Source of the DNA: Eledone cirrhosa
Taxonomy: Eukaryota
Direction of reading: 5' to 3'
DNA length: 64,000 nucleotides
NCBI GenBank assembly: GCA_964016885.1
Contig: OZ024743.1
Location: forward strand, 127,472,001 to 127,536,000
Below the pieces are notes generated by a model. The model had not been told where the DNA came from. It searched no databases and saw nothing but the letters and a program-made list of their open reading frames with translations. The translations under genes and the position numbers were made by a program. Position 1 is the first letter of the stretch; the number at the start of each line of letters is the position of its first letter. Below are positions 24,294 through 37,909 of this stretch, piece after piece.

Positions 24294-24698
24294 TCAAGTT
24301 TTGTAAAATCCTAAATTTTTCAGTGGTACACAAAGAACAATTCTTTGTGCCCCTTTGGTACTCCCTCGAATGGAATAAAATAGACCAATCGATAGAGTAC
24401 GGATGTTTTTATCCTTGAATTCCCACACCTTATTTGCGAGAGCTGTTGCTGTTCTTTTATCAGAGTGTTTAAAAGAAGTGACATGTGCATAAAACCTGGT
24501 TTTAAACCTGTCCCGAGTCATGCCAACATATCGTTCACTCCTAGCTGGCTGGTTGTTAATTAAAGGTGTCACTTTGGCCTCATATATAACGGATTTGGTG
24601 TTACACTTGCCCTGTAATGAGCATTCATTCGGCTTCCTGCAACTACATCCTGGATTTATTCTCGTACGATTAGAATTGGTGATTTTAGACTTCATCAT
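24294..24698 (-). mobile_element. Penelope-like GIY-YIG endonuclease fragment (duplicate)
   Basis: Same peptide as 17695-18099 with a few substitutions. Confidence 0.8.
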
Positions 24699-24965
24699 TT
24701 TATTTTATTTGATGAGGACGTACTATTGAACTTGATTCAAGTACCTCTGAAATATGTATAATAAAATTTAATTGATCACAAGAACATCTATTTCATTAAT
24801 ATTTGAATTTAATATTAATAACTCTGGAAAATATCTTGCTGTAGAGTGCTTTCAATCTACTGTAAAACTCATTCTTTGATGTACTCATTGAATCTTGTTT
24901 AATTCTTTAAAATATATATATATATATATACAAATATCTTTTGATATCGAACCTGTGCTCTAGAT

Positions 24966-27900
24966 CACAGGTTCTCAACCCATTTAGGCCAAACGCCCTC
25001 TTTTGTGCCTTGAAATTATGAAACGCCCCTACCCTATTTTTCCATTTTTCAATATACTACTGATTTTGATATCAGTCGATTACTAAAAGATTGATTAACA
25101 ATATTCCAAAGATACCATTGCAGGCAGATTAGAGTATAAATACATTCCTTGAAAGGAAATATATAAATTTGAAAAAGAGGAACATAAATGTTCTTTTTTA
25201 TGAATAAGGAAGGCGCATGGCTTAGTGGTTAGAGCATTGGGCTTGCAATCGAAAGGTTGTGAGTTCAACTCTCGGACCGGGTGATGAGTTGTTTCCTTGA
25301 GCAAGACACTTTATTTCACATTCCTCCAGTTTACTCAGCTGTAGAAATGAGATGATAGAACTGGGGTCCCTATCATTCCACTGAAAAGTGGTCGTGGAGG
25401 TGCCACGGCAAAAAAGCACCCAGCCCACACTGTAAAAGTGGACGTGTAGGCGCCACATAAAAAAGCACCCAGCACTCACTGTAAATGAGGTTGGTGTTAA
25501 GAAGGGCATCCAGCTGTAGAAATCAAGCCAGAATCAGTTCCTGTATGAGCAAGACAAGGTCAGCTGACCAGACACTGCCCACAAGAGGACAACCCGTCTA
25601 ACCCATGCTAGCGTGGAAGAACGGACGTAAAACGGTGCTGCTGAAGGACCAGTTGAATTTGCTATATTCCCACCAGGCGATACCAGCTATTTTGAACATT
25701 TATACAAGACAACTCTGTCTATCCAAAGAGTGGTCTTATCTGGAAAAAAGTGGCAATTATACCATTTCAAAGCTTTCCAATTTTCCCTTTATTGAAACGG
25801 ACAGAATAAATGTTGATATCTAACTTAATGTACCCTCTGCTTTGTGAGCTTAGAGACACTGGATGAGGGTTTTCATGATTATATAAGAGGGTATATTTAT
25901 ATGCCCTATATGTGTGTATATATGTGGCCCTATATGTGTGTATTATCTGATTATGTGTTGTATGTGGTCCTAGATGTGTGTACTACCTGATTATGTGTTG
26001 TATGTGGTCCTAGATGTGTGTATTACCTACTTATGTGTTGTATGTGGTTCTAGATATGTGTGCTACCCGCTTCTGTGTTTTTTCTTTTCTTTTTTTGCTT
26101 GTAGTATTATTCATACAATAGGGAATAAAATAGATCTACATAGTGTTAACTCAGTGCGGTTGAGTCAATAAGTTCAGACTTGAAATACATTGTTATCGGT
26201 GAAAGAAAGACAAGATTCTAACTGGCTGCGCTCAAAGTGTTTTTGACCCAGTTGACTGTAGGTTTATTTCATTTTTAGGATCGCAATTGCCGGTTAATAT
26301 CTAGACACGCCTGAAAACCTGCTTACAGCTGCGGTCAGACCATAGTTATGCTGCCTGCATGCTCATTCAAATGCATTCACACTGGCTGTCTCAGAGACAT
26401 ACAAATATATCTAACTTGATGTACCCTCCGCTTTGTGAGCTTAGAGACCATGGAAGAGGGTTTTCATGACTGGGTATATTTATTAGTAAATGGTAAAATA
26501 TATATATACAACAAATGAGTAAGTGAATTGTAGTAGATGGTTTCCAGTCCAGTCAGACTGCAACTACAAATAAAAAAATTGTTAGTTTACTTTGTAACAA
26601 TAGCTTATCCAAGTTTTCGGATAAATCAACTTACTTTAACTTTGACCTCATTTCAATGGAACCCTTGAGCTTCATGGAGTCTAGCTAACTCTTTGACGTG
26701 AGGCTGAATTTTCGTAAGATGTAGCCAGAGATCTCCACGTGTAATTACATTGTAGCGGTTGCGAGACTTACTGTGCAGTCTGGAAACAGCACCAAACCTC
26801 CTCTCGACTAAGTATGAGCTTGGAAAAAGCAGAGCAAATCTCTTAGCCTCTGCTTGTAGGAGTGGAAATCGACGCTGAATTTCTTCTTACATGCAAAAAA
26901 GGGGTTCACAAATTTGGGGAAATCTAATTTTGATCATGTCATCTGCTTGAAGTTCAATGAATTCTTCCTGAAATTTAACGTCCAAATCGTCGACGGTAGC
27001 TATGAAGGGATCTACTATCCACATTGGGATGTCCATCAGCAAAAGGTAACAAACCATTCTCTCATGTTGTCTTGTAGAGCATGGAGGTGAGCAGTATAAA
27101 TTTGGAGTTGGTCATCGCTTACAATGTTTTGAACATTGGCGACACTAGAAAAATTATAGAATTCCCGTCAACAAAGATTCCTTTCGATGACATTCAATTT
27201 GGCCAGGAATGTTTCACAGCATTCCTTGCTTTAAGCAAGGTGATCTTCTTCCCCTGCAAAGCCATAATGATGCTATTGCATTTGTCAAAGATGTTAGTGA
27301 GGTAGGCGCAGTTTTGCCTCACATTAAGGGTTTTCTTGTACAGTTCTGTGTGCGTCCTCGAAGAAATTCAATGATAGAGTCAAACAGTTCAAAGAAGTGA
27401 CTGAGGCACTTGCCCTTTGAAAGCCACCTCACTTCATTATGAAGGAGCAACTTGACGAATTCTTCGTCATTATCTTGGAACAGTTGCCGAAAAATTTGTT
27501 CATCGAGGGAATGGCGTTTTATAAAATTGGTGACATCAATTGCCACCTGCAGGGACTTGCTCAGTGGCTCACTGTGTTTCTTCGCAGCCAAGTGTTGTTG
27601 ATGAATGACACAATGAACAGCAAATACAGATAGATTTTCTCTCTTCAGAAGAGTGACGAAACCCTTATGTTAGCCGACCATTGCTCTTGTGTCGTCCGTA
27701 GCACATGATACAATGTGTGTTGGTGTGTTGTATGTGGTCCTAGATGTATGTATTACCTGCCTGTGTGTTGTATGTAGTCCTAGATGTATGTATTACCTTC
27801 TTATGTATTGCATGTGGTTCCAGCTGTATGTATTACCTGTTTGTGTGTTGTACGTGGTCCTAGATGTGTGTATTACCTGCTTATGTGTTGAATGTGGTCC

Positions 27901-28726
27901 TAGATGTGTGTGCTACCCGCTTCTGTGTTTTTTCTTTTCTTTTTTTGTTTGTAATATTATTTATACAATAGGGAATAAAATAGATCTACATAGTGTTAAC
28001 TTATTACGGTCGAGTCAATAATTTCAGACATGAAATAGATTGTTATCCATGAAGGAAAGCCGAGATTCTAACTGGCTGTACTCAAATTGTCCTTGACCCA
28101 GTTGACTGTGGTTTTTTTCCATTACAGCTGGTGTCAGACCATAGTTTTCCATTACAGGGAGGGGGCTAGGGGGCGCTGGGTTTTTCCATTTTTAGGATCT
28201 CAATTACCGGTTAACGTCCCAATTACCTGACATGCCTGCACACCTGCTCACAGCTGCGGTCAGACTATAGTTATGCTGTCTGCAGCTGTGAGCAGGTGTG
28301 CAGGCATGTCCGGTAATTGAGACATTAACCGGTAATTGAGATCCTAAAAATGGAAAAACCAACAGTCAACTGGCTCAAAGACACTTTGAGCGCAGACAGT
28401 TAGAATCTTGTCTGAAATTATTGACTCAACCGTAACGAGTTAACACTATGTAGATCTATTTTATTCCCTATTGTATAAATAATATTACAAATAAAAAAAA
28501 GAAAAGAAAAAAACAGAAGCGAGTAGAACACACATCTAGGACCACATACAACACATAATCAGATAATACACACATGTTTGGAATATTGTTAATCAATTTT
28601 TTAGTAATCTACTGATATAAAAATCAGTAGTATATTGAAAAAGTGAAAAAATAGGGGGGGGGGGGGCGTTTCGTGGTTTCGAGGGACAAAAGGAGGCGTT
28701 TGGCCTAAATGGGCTGAGAACCTGTG
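24966..28726 (-). mobile_element. hAT (Buster/Charlie-type) DNA transposon, rearranged, with 8-bp TSD CTCTAGAT
   Basis: CTCTAGAT|CACAGGTTCTCAACCCATTTAGGCCAAACGCC...GGCGTTTGGCCTAAATGGGCTGAGAACCTGTG|CTCTAGAT; inverted ends of ~140 bp. The left end is also duplicated at ~18363. Confidence 0.85.
26690..27710 (-). pseudogene. Disrupted hAT transposase (ZBED5/ZBED8/SCAND3-like family)
   Basis: HCVIHQQHLAAK, VTNFIK, LLLHNEVRWLSKGKCL and the C-terminal LFPSSYLVER...RGDL dimerisation motif; stops and frameshifts. Confidence 0.85.
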
Positions 28727-28829
28727 CTCTAGATCAACAAAAGTTAGTTATAGTAGCTTACACTTAGCATCTGTGGTGCTTCCTCATAGCACAAAATCAA
28801 ACTGATTCTCATCTAATTTGATTCTTTCC

Positions 28830-29200
28830 CTCATTAGTTGTGCTAAAATTTCTTCTGACATTTTTATAACTTGATTCATCAGTTTTATGGCTATATATTT
28901 GCTCCTTTCTACAGCATCAACAATTAATGATTATACTGCTCTGCCAGTCATTGGGTATGACACCATCATGTATTACCTAATTAATTATGTGAGTGACTAG
29001 TTTGACTCCTACTTCACCAGATAATTTCAGCATCTGAGCTACTCTCTCTGATAGACCAGCAGCTTTACCATTTTTGTTATTTCTTTGATTGCTTTGTTGA
29101 TCATGTAAATATCAACTTCATAAGCTGGTCCCTCTGTTGTGTCATCTTGGAATAGTCTCTCTTTCTCCCACTCATTCTCCACATTCAACATCATCTCATA
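28830..29200 (-). mobile_element. Old RTE LINE internal fragment
   Basis: GCTGGTCCCTCTGTTG...CTCCCACTCATTCTCCACATTCA aligns with the RTE at 50380-50460. Confidence 0.65.
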
Positions 29201-31140
29201 AAAATACATGTGCTGGAATGCACTATGAAAATATTAATTATATTAAAGATATCCAGTTAGCCCAAGAGTAACTTCGGCAATAACTCATCTCTCCAATGTA
29301 TTTCTGTTCTCATTAATTTTATTTAACATTCCAACCCTTGCTAGCAGGGAAAATGGATGTTAAATGATGATAATAATGATGATAATGAGTCCATGTAATT
29401 TCTCATTTTATCATATAACACATACATGTAAGCTTTTCATTCTATTATTTATAATTTGTCAGAGTTTAATTTCCTTGTAATTGATTAATGGAGGATTAAC
29501 TAATTAATCAGGTTTAACTGTAATGTTGTACTGTGTAACGATGAGTATTCCAATTGTTCAGTCATTGGAACAGCTTGCTCATTAAATTAATGTGTAAGTG
29601 GCTGAGCATTCCATGGACACATATATGCTTAACATAATTCTCAGGAAGAATCAATATGATACAATATGCTTGGCTTCCAAACAATTTCCATCACTCAATT
29701 TCACTCAGAAGGGAAAGTTCAACAAGAGGCTATGATAAATGACACTTGCCCCAAAATGCCATGCATTAGGATTGAACCAAGAATCTAAGAATTGGGAAGC
29801 AAACGTTTTAACCATTTGGTCATGCCATGTCCATAGTATGTAATGATACCATTGGGGTCATACTTACAAATAAGCAGCTTGTTGACAAAAGTGACTGTAT
29901 ATCATCATCATCATCTTCGTTTAACGTCTATCTTCCACGCTAGCATGGGTTGTATGTGTATATAATTGTTTCTACTTTTGGCACAAGGCCAGCAATTACC
30001 CAGTGCATTACTGGTACTTTATTTTATCGACCCCGTATAGATGAAAGGCAAAGTTTACCTCGGCGGGATTTGAACTCAGATCATAAAGGGACGTAACTAT
30101 GCTGGAAAGCATGTCCGACCCTCTTAGGGGTATATGTGACGTCATAACAATGAGCCTTTGCATTTATGTAAACTTGACTGGAAATGATAGTGGATGTATA
30201 TGAAGACATGATATGTTTATGTATAATAAACGCACATGTCTTTCGCGATGAATATTTAAAGGCATGATCATGGCACAGCTATCTTAGAAGCCAGTGAGAA
30301 TGTCATATGCATGTTCCTGGATTTTTATCCGTCAATGGTGACATTTACTCGTTACTAAGACAAGAATAGTGTAAATCTTATGTTTTTTCTTTGTTTTGTT
30401 TTTTTGTGAATGAAACATCAGCTGGAGATGCTCATTTGCATATAGAATGAACTTGACTGGATAAGATTAATGATCCTGGGACTGATTAGTGAGGGTGTCA
30501 GCTATAGTATTTACTGAGGAGCCTGGGGCTGATTAGAGACAGTATCAGCCATGATATCTGACTAGGAGGTCAGAACTCATTGCTATACAGAAAACATCTT
30601 TTGTTAAAAGATGCTTTTTTGGAAATATACTGGCACCATATATCTATATTTTATTAAGACACAAATTCTTCTGAAAAAATGTTGAATAAAGGCTTATATG
30701 AACCTATATACAATACGTTTATGTATATCAAACATATATTTAGGTTTGTTATGAATATTTTAAGCTGAGATCATATCACAGTTATTGTGCCATCAGAGTA
30801 AAAATGGTGGTTGCATTTCACTATCGTTATATTTTCTTTCATACCACTGGGTATAAGTAAGCATGTGCTGATGAACTGTAATGCTGAGATAGTTGTGACA
30901 TGATCACAGCTTAGTCACTCAGTGAAATTAAATATGTATTTATTATATATAAAAATATCATATATGAGTTCATATATAAAATGTTCACATTTGAATTTAA
31001 ACCTTGGACTGAAATTTCATTATTACATACCAGATAATATTAGATTTTAGTAGTTAAATATTTGTATTTCTTGTTAGAAATATGGTCACAAAAGAGGTTA
31101 AATGATCTAAAATATTTTCTTTCTGTACTTTCTTTTGCAG

Positions 31141-31490
31141 ATCCCTTCATTGCAAGTCATAAAAATTACATTGAGGTTCTACGTGATGGCGACACTAAGT
31201 TAAATGACAGTAATGTGTCCGAAGACTGCTATGAACGTTGTCACCTGGAATCACAGTTTGCAGTTTCCCAATCTACGACAGTCTGTGACAGCACCCCTTC
31301 CCAAAATAAAACTAAATGTCGAGAGTTGCAACCGTTTGGCAACCACTCGGCTGTCATGGCTGGTGGTTCTAGCCACCTCCTTTTAACATTTAAATCATCA
31401 AGCAGCTTTTGGTGTAATTTAGTTAAATATGTACATATATTTTGGCTTTCGCAGACTTTATATCAATATTTGTCTGCTGGACTTACCTAG
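31141..31490 (+). CDS. Probable terminal coding exon of an unidentified host gene (Cys/Ser-rich, hydrophobic C-terminus)
   Basis: Strong acceptor TTTTCTTTCTGTACTTTCTTTTGCAG (to 31140, phase 1), then ~116 open non-repetitive codons (DPFIASHKNYIEV...LYQYLSAGLT*), followed by AT-rich UTR-like sequence. Confidence 0.55.
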
Positions 31491-32734
31491 AATAGATTTT
31501 TAGATATCTCTCCCTTATGCTTCATCTGTCCTAAACTATTTGTGTCCATATCTGGGGTTGTTTAACCAACACCCACCTCAACTAAACTACAAAGACATGT
31601 ATACAGAGCAGAGATGTGAGTGTGTTTAGACATAGACGCACCTACATCAATATAGAAGTTGCCAACATAACAAAAACAAAAAAAAACACAAAAACAAGAT
31701 AGAAAAAAGAAAAAATATGCATTTCAAATTTTCTGTCCTTTTAGAAATTCCTAAAATGAAGAAAAGAAAATATTTCTTTTCATTATAGTGTTTGTGGTTA
31801 TAAAATGAAAAACAGAACAAAAAAAAAATCATATAAGATATATGAAAGAAGAAATGTTTTATCGAGGAATTTCCTGTTTTGGTTTAAAGTGTTATAATTG
31901 CAATTTATGGCATATTATTAGGTACGTTCCCGAGGGAGGAAACTTTGAACAACAGAAAAAAAGAAAACTCAAATAAAGAATGGAAAGATAGAAGGGGTTT
32001 ATTGAAATTGAAAATATAATAAATAAACAGTTGACTTAACAAACATTTGAAAAATCTAAAATTTGAAATGTAGTTTTCCCAACGTAGATGACTAATAATA
32101 GTCGATCAATATAAATAAGAGTTGATAAAGATATCGGGTTAAGTATACCCCTGGAGTCAGAAAAAAAGGTTAACAGACGCACCTACCAGGAATTGAACCC
32201 TGGATGCTGGGCAAATGTGTTAACCACTATGTTAAGGAGCCCTCATCTTTAAGAAGACAACCCCTGAGATATTTTAACCATTTTTTTTTTTTTACTATTA
32301 TTTATAATGATCAACTATTATAATAGTCATCCGCTTTTGGACAACTATATTTCAAATAATAAATATATATTTACATTCTTATAATATTAGTAGAAGGAAG
32401 GGAGAAGGAAACATGTATGGGGAAGAGTGTACATGTGTATGTGAGTGTATGCATATATGTAAGTATATGAAAGTGTGACTGTTCATATGTACAAGTGGGT
32501 GTGTGCATATGAGTGGATCTGTATAAGTGAATGTATATGTGCATGTATGTGTGTATAAGTGTGTATGAATATGCAAATATGTGTGTATAAGTGTGTATGA
32601 ATGTGCAAATATGTGTGTGTGTGTGTGTGTGTGTGTGCGCCTGTGTCTGTGTGTGTGTGTGTGTGTCTTTAGAATGATCAACAGGTTGCAAATATGGAAA
32701 TCAGATGGGTGAGGTAGTTTTTGATATAGATATA

Positions 32735-32968
32735 CACACCACACCACACTACCAGAATATCACACCACACCACATCACAAAACACCATACCTCCAACACA
32801 CCTCCACAGCACCATATCATCACAACACCATTACACCACACCGCACCACACCACACCACCTCTCCACATCACAGCACCATACCACCACAATACTACACAA
32901 CATCACACAAACATACTACACCACAACACTACACAACCATACCACACCACAACACCACACCACCACAT
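32735..32968. repeat. Degenerate (CACCA)n microsatellite
   Basis: Imperfect pentamer reiteration. Confidence 0.85.
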
Positions 32969-33238
32969 CCCAAACTTTCAGAAGAAACATTTCAATAGCT
33001 GGAATAATAATGATAATAATAATTGTTTCTACTTTAGGCACAAGGCCAGCAATTACCCAGTGCATTACTGGTACTTTAATTTATCGACCCCCGAAAAAAT
33101 GAAAGGCAAAGTTAACAATTATGATAATAATAAAGTGTTATTTAAAATAAATTTAAAGCAAAAACAAGAAAAAAGAACAAAATTAAAAATATTCTTAAAT
33201 ACAAACCCCTGTCAGGACAAATAAATAAATATATAAAT

Positions 33239-33273
<35 letters not shown>

Positions 33274-33712
33274 CATATATTTTGTGAATATATATTTGAG
33301 ACACTTATAGTGAAACCCACAGACACATGTGACAGTAAAGTTTTTAATTTAAATTTAAATTAAAAAATAAAATTTTAAAAAAATATATAATTACAACCAA
33401 ATTTATCAAGAAATAACTTTAATTTAATATTATGGGAAAGTTTGAAAAGAAAAGAGAGAGAGAGAGAAATTAGTTTAATGTTTGTAGGTGTAATGTACTT
33501 ATTTATTTGGTTTATGCTCCATGAATATATGGAGTTTAAACAACAACAACAGCAGATGTGAATATGCTGATGATGATGGTGGTGGTGATGATGTTGATGA
33601 ATATATACATGTGTGCGTGTGTATATATTATATATAACATATATATATATATATGTGTGCATATATATGTATATATATATATATATATATGCATATATGT
33701 GTGCATATATAT

Positions 33713-33761
<49 letters not shown>

Positions 33762-34535
33762 ATATTATATAAAATAACATATGCTTACATATATATCATA
33801 TAATATATAATGTTCATAATCTTCCATTTTTCTTAATTTTATCTAAATATATATCATTTCTTCTTCTCTATCTCTATCATTCCCCCACCCTCTGTCTTTA
33901 CCATTGCCCCTCCTTTTCTCTCTACCATTCCTATCACTCTCTCTCTCTCTCCACGATTCTCACTTCCTCTCTCTTTACCATTTCCTCTATTTCTTCATAC
34001 ACACACCCTCCTCTCATGTCTACTCCAATATTTTATGTCTACCATTTTTTTCTCTCATTCATCCTCTGATTTTCCTTTAAATCCATCAAAAGAGCATCAA
34101 GGACCATTATTCCAAAGGCATTTATCCTGGCACAAATCTCAAAGGATTCTTTATTTTTCATAAAAATACTTTTAAAAAAATATATTCATCAAAACTTCCA
34201 AAACATTTTTCTTTTCTTTTTCCCGTTTTTCCCACCATTAGTAACAGTTAAAAATTCAGGAGAAAAAAAAAATTTGTTTATGTATGTATTTATCAATTAG
34301 AATAATTAGCATTTTGTTTATTTCTATTTCTTTGTTGTTTTTTTTTTGTTTTATATTCTTCTGTTTCTTTTTTGTCTGCTTCAATCATTCACTTTCAGTA
34401 AGTCAACCACAGAATCAAGGAACACTCTCAAAATTATGAGTTTGTCTATCTACACCCACTTACCTATCTATCTGCCGGTCTGTCTATGTGTCCTTATATA
34501 TCATCTCTGCTTCAGTGATTTTCCACAAACTATAA

Positions 34536-34591
<56 letters not shown>

Positions 34592-35747
34592 CATACATAC
34601 ATTTCTTTATCTTTATCTCTTTATTTACCCATGCGTGTATGTATGTATGTATATATATATATATACATAAACATACATGTACACATAGGTAAAGAAAGAT
34701 AACTATATATGTATATGTTTCTATTTTTTTTCTGTTAGTACCATTTGATGCTTGCTCCACTGCTTTCTACTATCAAGATTTCAATATCATCGAGGTGCCC
34801 CTCTCACCCTAGACTTCTGGGGCCCTCAGGAGTTGTTTCTCTCATTTCTACCCCTAGGGTCCCTCTCTTATTAAAGAGTGCCCTGACTCCCATAGTTTAG
34901 TATCATCAACCCCTAGCTCTGTTTTTTCTCTCATTACTATCCAGGGGTTGACTCATCTTAAAAGATGCCCTTGCCCTGATTCTCAGAGGATTCATGTTTT
35001 TTTTTTTGTTTTTTTTTCCGGAATAAAGCTATAACTTTACATCAAGCCACAATATATCCAAGATATTTCTCTAGATTCACACACAGAACTCTCTTCTACC
35101 ATCATGTATGTATATTAAAAGTAACCATGTTTGACCAAGTCATCAACTTCCTTAACAAAACCCGTATCTCCTTAAAAGAATACCAAAAAATTAAGTTAAT
35201 CTTTTTAGATATTTGTTTGCATTTTTAAAATGTTTTTTCTATTTTATTTATTCATCTTTTTTTTATATCTGAAACTTAATCCTCTAATAATGGAATTATT
35301 ATTTTGTTTGTCTTATAATATATTTAATTATTCAACAAAGGGATGCAAGGGGTATTTTAAAATATCCCTAAAAATGGCTGTTCTTTTTTTTTCTCACTCA
35401 TTCCTCCCCCACCCCAACTCTAAAGAATTATAAGAACTGATTTACAAGAAGAAGCTGCAATGGAAGAAATTATTTTATTTAAAAGGTTTTGGGTATCATA
35501 TTCAGAATTCTTGGGTATTTTATTAAATAAATGAGTCTTTAATTTCAGTTCTGAGATTATTTTCTTCGAAATACTCTTAACCAGTTTGTGTTTGCGTGGC
35601 TGTGTGTTTGTGTGTATGTATGTAAGTGTGTGTGTATGTTTTCTGTGTTACCAAACTACTGAAAAACTTTTTTTCAATTTAGATATATAAATATGTATGT
35701 ATGCATAATTACATACGTACATACACACACAGACACATACACACACA

Positions 35748-35797
<50 letters not shown>

Positions 35798-36026
35798 CAA
35801 CAAGTGTTAGCTATTTGCAGTATGAGTTTCATCTATTCAGAGCTACCAGTTGAATGAGCCCCATGGAGTGAAACTTATATTCCAAGCAACTGCCACTCAT
35901 TGATATGAAATAAACTATCCCACTCTACCCTGTGTATAGAGCTCTGTTATCATATAAAGTTTGTATTCTGTAAAACATATTACAGTACATATCCTACAAC
36001 CACATTCTGATACATGCACACGCACG

Positions 36027-36150
<124 letters not shown>

Positions 36151-36889
36151 AGATGTGGGATCCACATTGTTAAATGACAATTATTGTGTATATTTTCTTT
36201 CTATAGCAGCAGTGCGACATTGATGGAAGTAATTGAGTTACTTCCCCTTGAAACTTAACTTTTTAAACCACACGCAGAACGTTAGAAGCATCGAGTTACT
36301 TCCCCTGAAAACTTTTAATAACTCTCTCAAAGAAATGTGAAAAACTATTTGTTTTAAGAATTCTTATATCCGTGACAAATGTAATTTGTTATCAAAGTAG
36401 AAAGGGAAATGCCATATTCTTAATAAATATAATTTTTTTGTTATTTATTTATTTTCTTTATAACATTTTGAGCATTATATATTATATTTTTAACTTTTTG
36501 TATATTTGAACCAACAATGCACTGATCCGGATCATATAACACAAAATATCTTGTTCTATTCTTTAATAGTTCCACACATTCGCTAGAAATTTATAGAGCC
36601 TGAAAAGATGAAAAGCAAAGTTGATCACGGTTAGTTTTGAACTAAATGTGTAGTGAACAGGAACAAATAGCAAAGCATTTAATTCAATGCCATAATGACT
36701 GTAATTTCTAACTCCTGCTAGGAGTTGCGATCGATCGATAGTGTCATCAATGAAGAACCAGAGGTTCTTTTATTGGTGGAGATTTGTGTAAATTGAATAG
36801 TGATGTTACAAATGGTAAATTATGGATATCGCACACACATATGCACAAATCTACTTTTGTATATATATATATTATTATTATTATTATTA

Positions 36890-37885
36890 TTGTTCTTTGA
36901 GTCTCAGTCATTGATGTTATTTAACTGGAAAGTTTGTTGAAATGAATATCAAGCCACTACCTGCAGCCTCAGATATTCAGGACGTATCGGGGGGTTCTTG
37001 CTATTCCCAGCAAGCATGCCTTTTGAAGTGTTCCACAAAGCGGGGCGGGACCAATTTTCTTTAACCATCCTTGGAAACTCTTTGAGATAGTACCTAGTGC
37101 GCCTATGACAATCGGGACCACTTTGACTTCATGGCAGTTCCAAATCCTTTTTACCTCCCACTTTAAGTCCTGGTATCGGTTAATTTTCTCCCTCTCCTTC
37201 TCTCTTGTGTCGAATGGGCAGGCACGATCTTTTTTCCCTTGTCCAAAACCACTAGGTCAGGTCTATTGTGTTCCAGTTTCTTGTCCGTCGGTATCCTAAA
37301 ATCCCACAGCACCTTCACCTGATCGTTTTCTATCACCGACTCTGGCTTATGCTCATACCACTTTTCAGAATGTGGTAAATTGTTTACTTTGCCTAGGTGC
37401 CAGTGGATCACCCTGCTCATCACATCATGTCTCCAGCCCTTATAGTGAGTCTGGGCTAGGTGTTTACACTCGGATACAATGTGAGCCACAGTCTCCTCTC
37501 TCTCTCCACAAATCCTACACAGTGCGCTAGCCTCCTCCTTGTAAATATGGTGTTTCAGCCACTTCGTTTTGAGGGCCTGCTCTTGCGCAGCCATTAGCAT
37601 TCCTTCTGTAGCCTTTTTAAGGTATCCTCATTTCAATCAGTTCCATGTCTGTGGATCTCTGAATTCAGTTTTCTCAAAGAAGGTTCTGATCTTTCTTGTT
37701 TGTTGTTTCCCCATTGTCTGCTTCGGATGGTTCCTCCGTTCTCTCAACCTCTTCACCTTCATTTCCCACTGGCTCGTTTGCCTGGCATACTCCACTCTCC
37801 ATTTCCAACCTAATCTCTCTGCTCAGTTCCTCCAGTTCCAGCTCGCTTATCCACCCATTAGTTCTTATTACCCGAGCCTGCCCGG
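36890..37885 (-). mobile_element. R4/Dong-type non-LTR element: C-terminal CCHC and restriction-like endonuclease with 3' end, joined to an N-terminal piece
   Basis: CRICGEREETVAHIVSEC, RHD, VLWDFRIPTD..HNRPDLVVLD; (TAA)n at the 3' end. 37700-37885 reads QARVIRTNGWISELELEEL. Confidence 0.85.
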
Positions 37886-37909
37886 CAAATTTTTGTTCTC
37901 AAAGAAGGT

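Larger units (their letters stand above)
11381..26410 (+). repeat. Recent tandem segmental duplication: unit 1 ~11381-19757, unit 2 ~19758-26410
   Basis: Near-identical colinear blocks (14365/20700, 17695/24294, 18952/25605, 19321/25974). The junction lies in a (TA)/(TG) microsatellite at ~19757. Confidence 0.92.
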
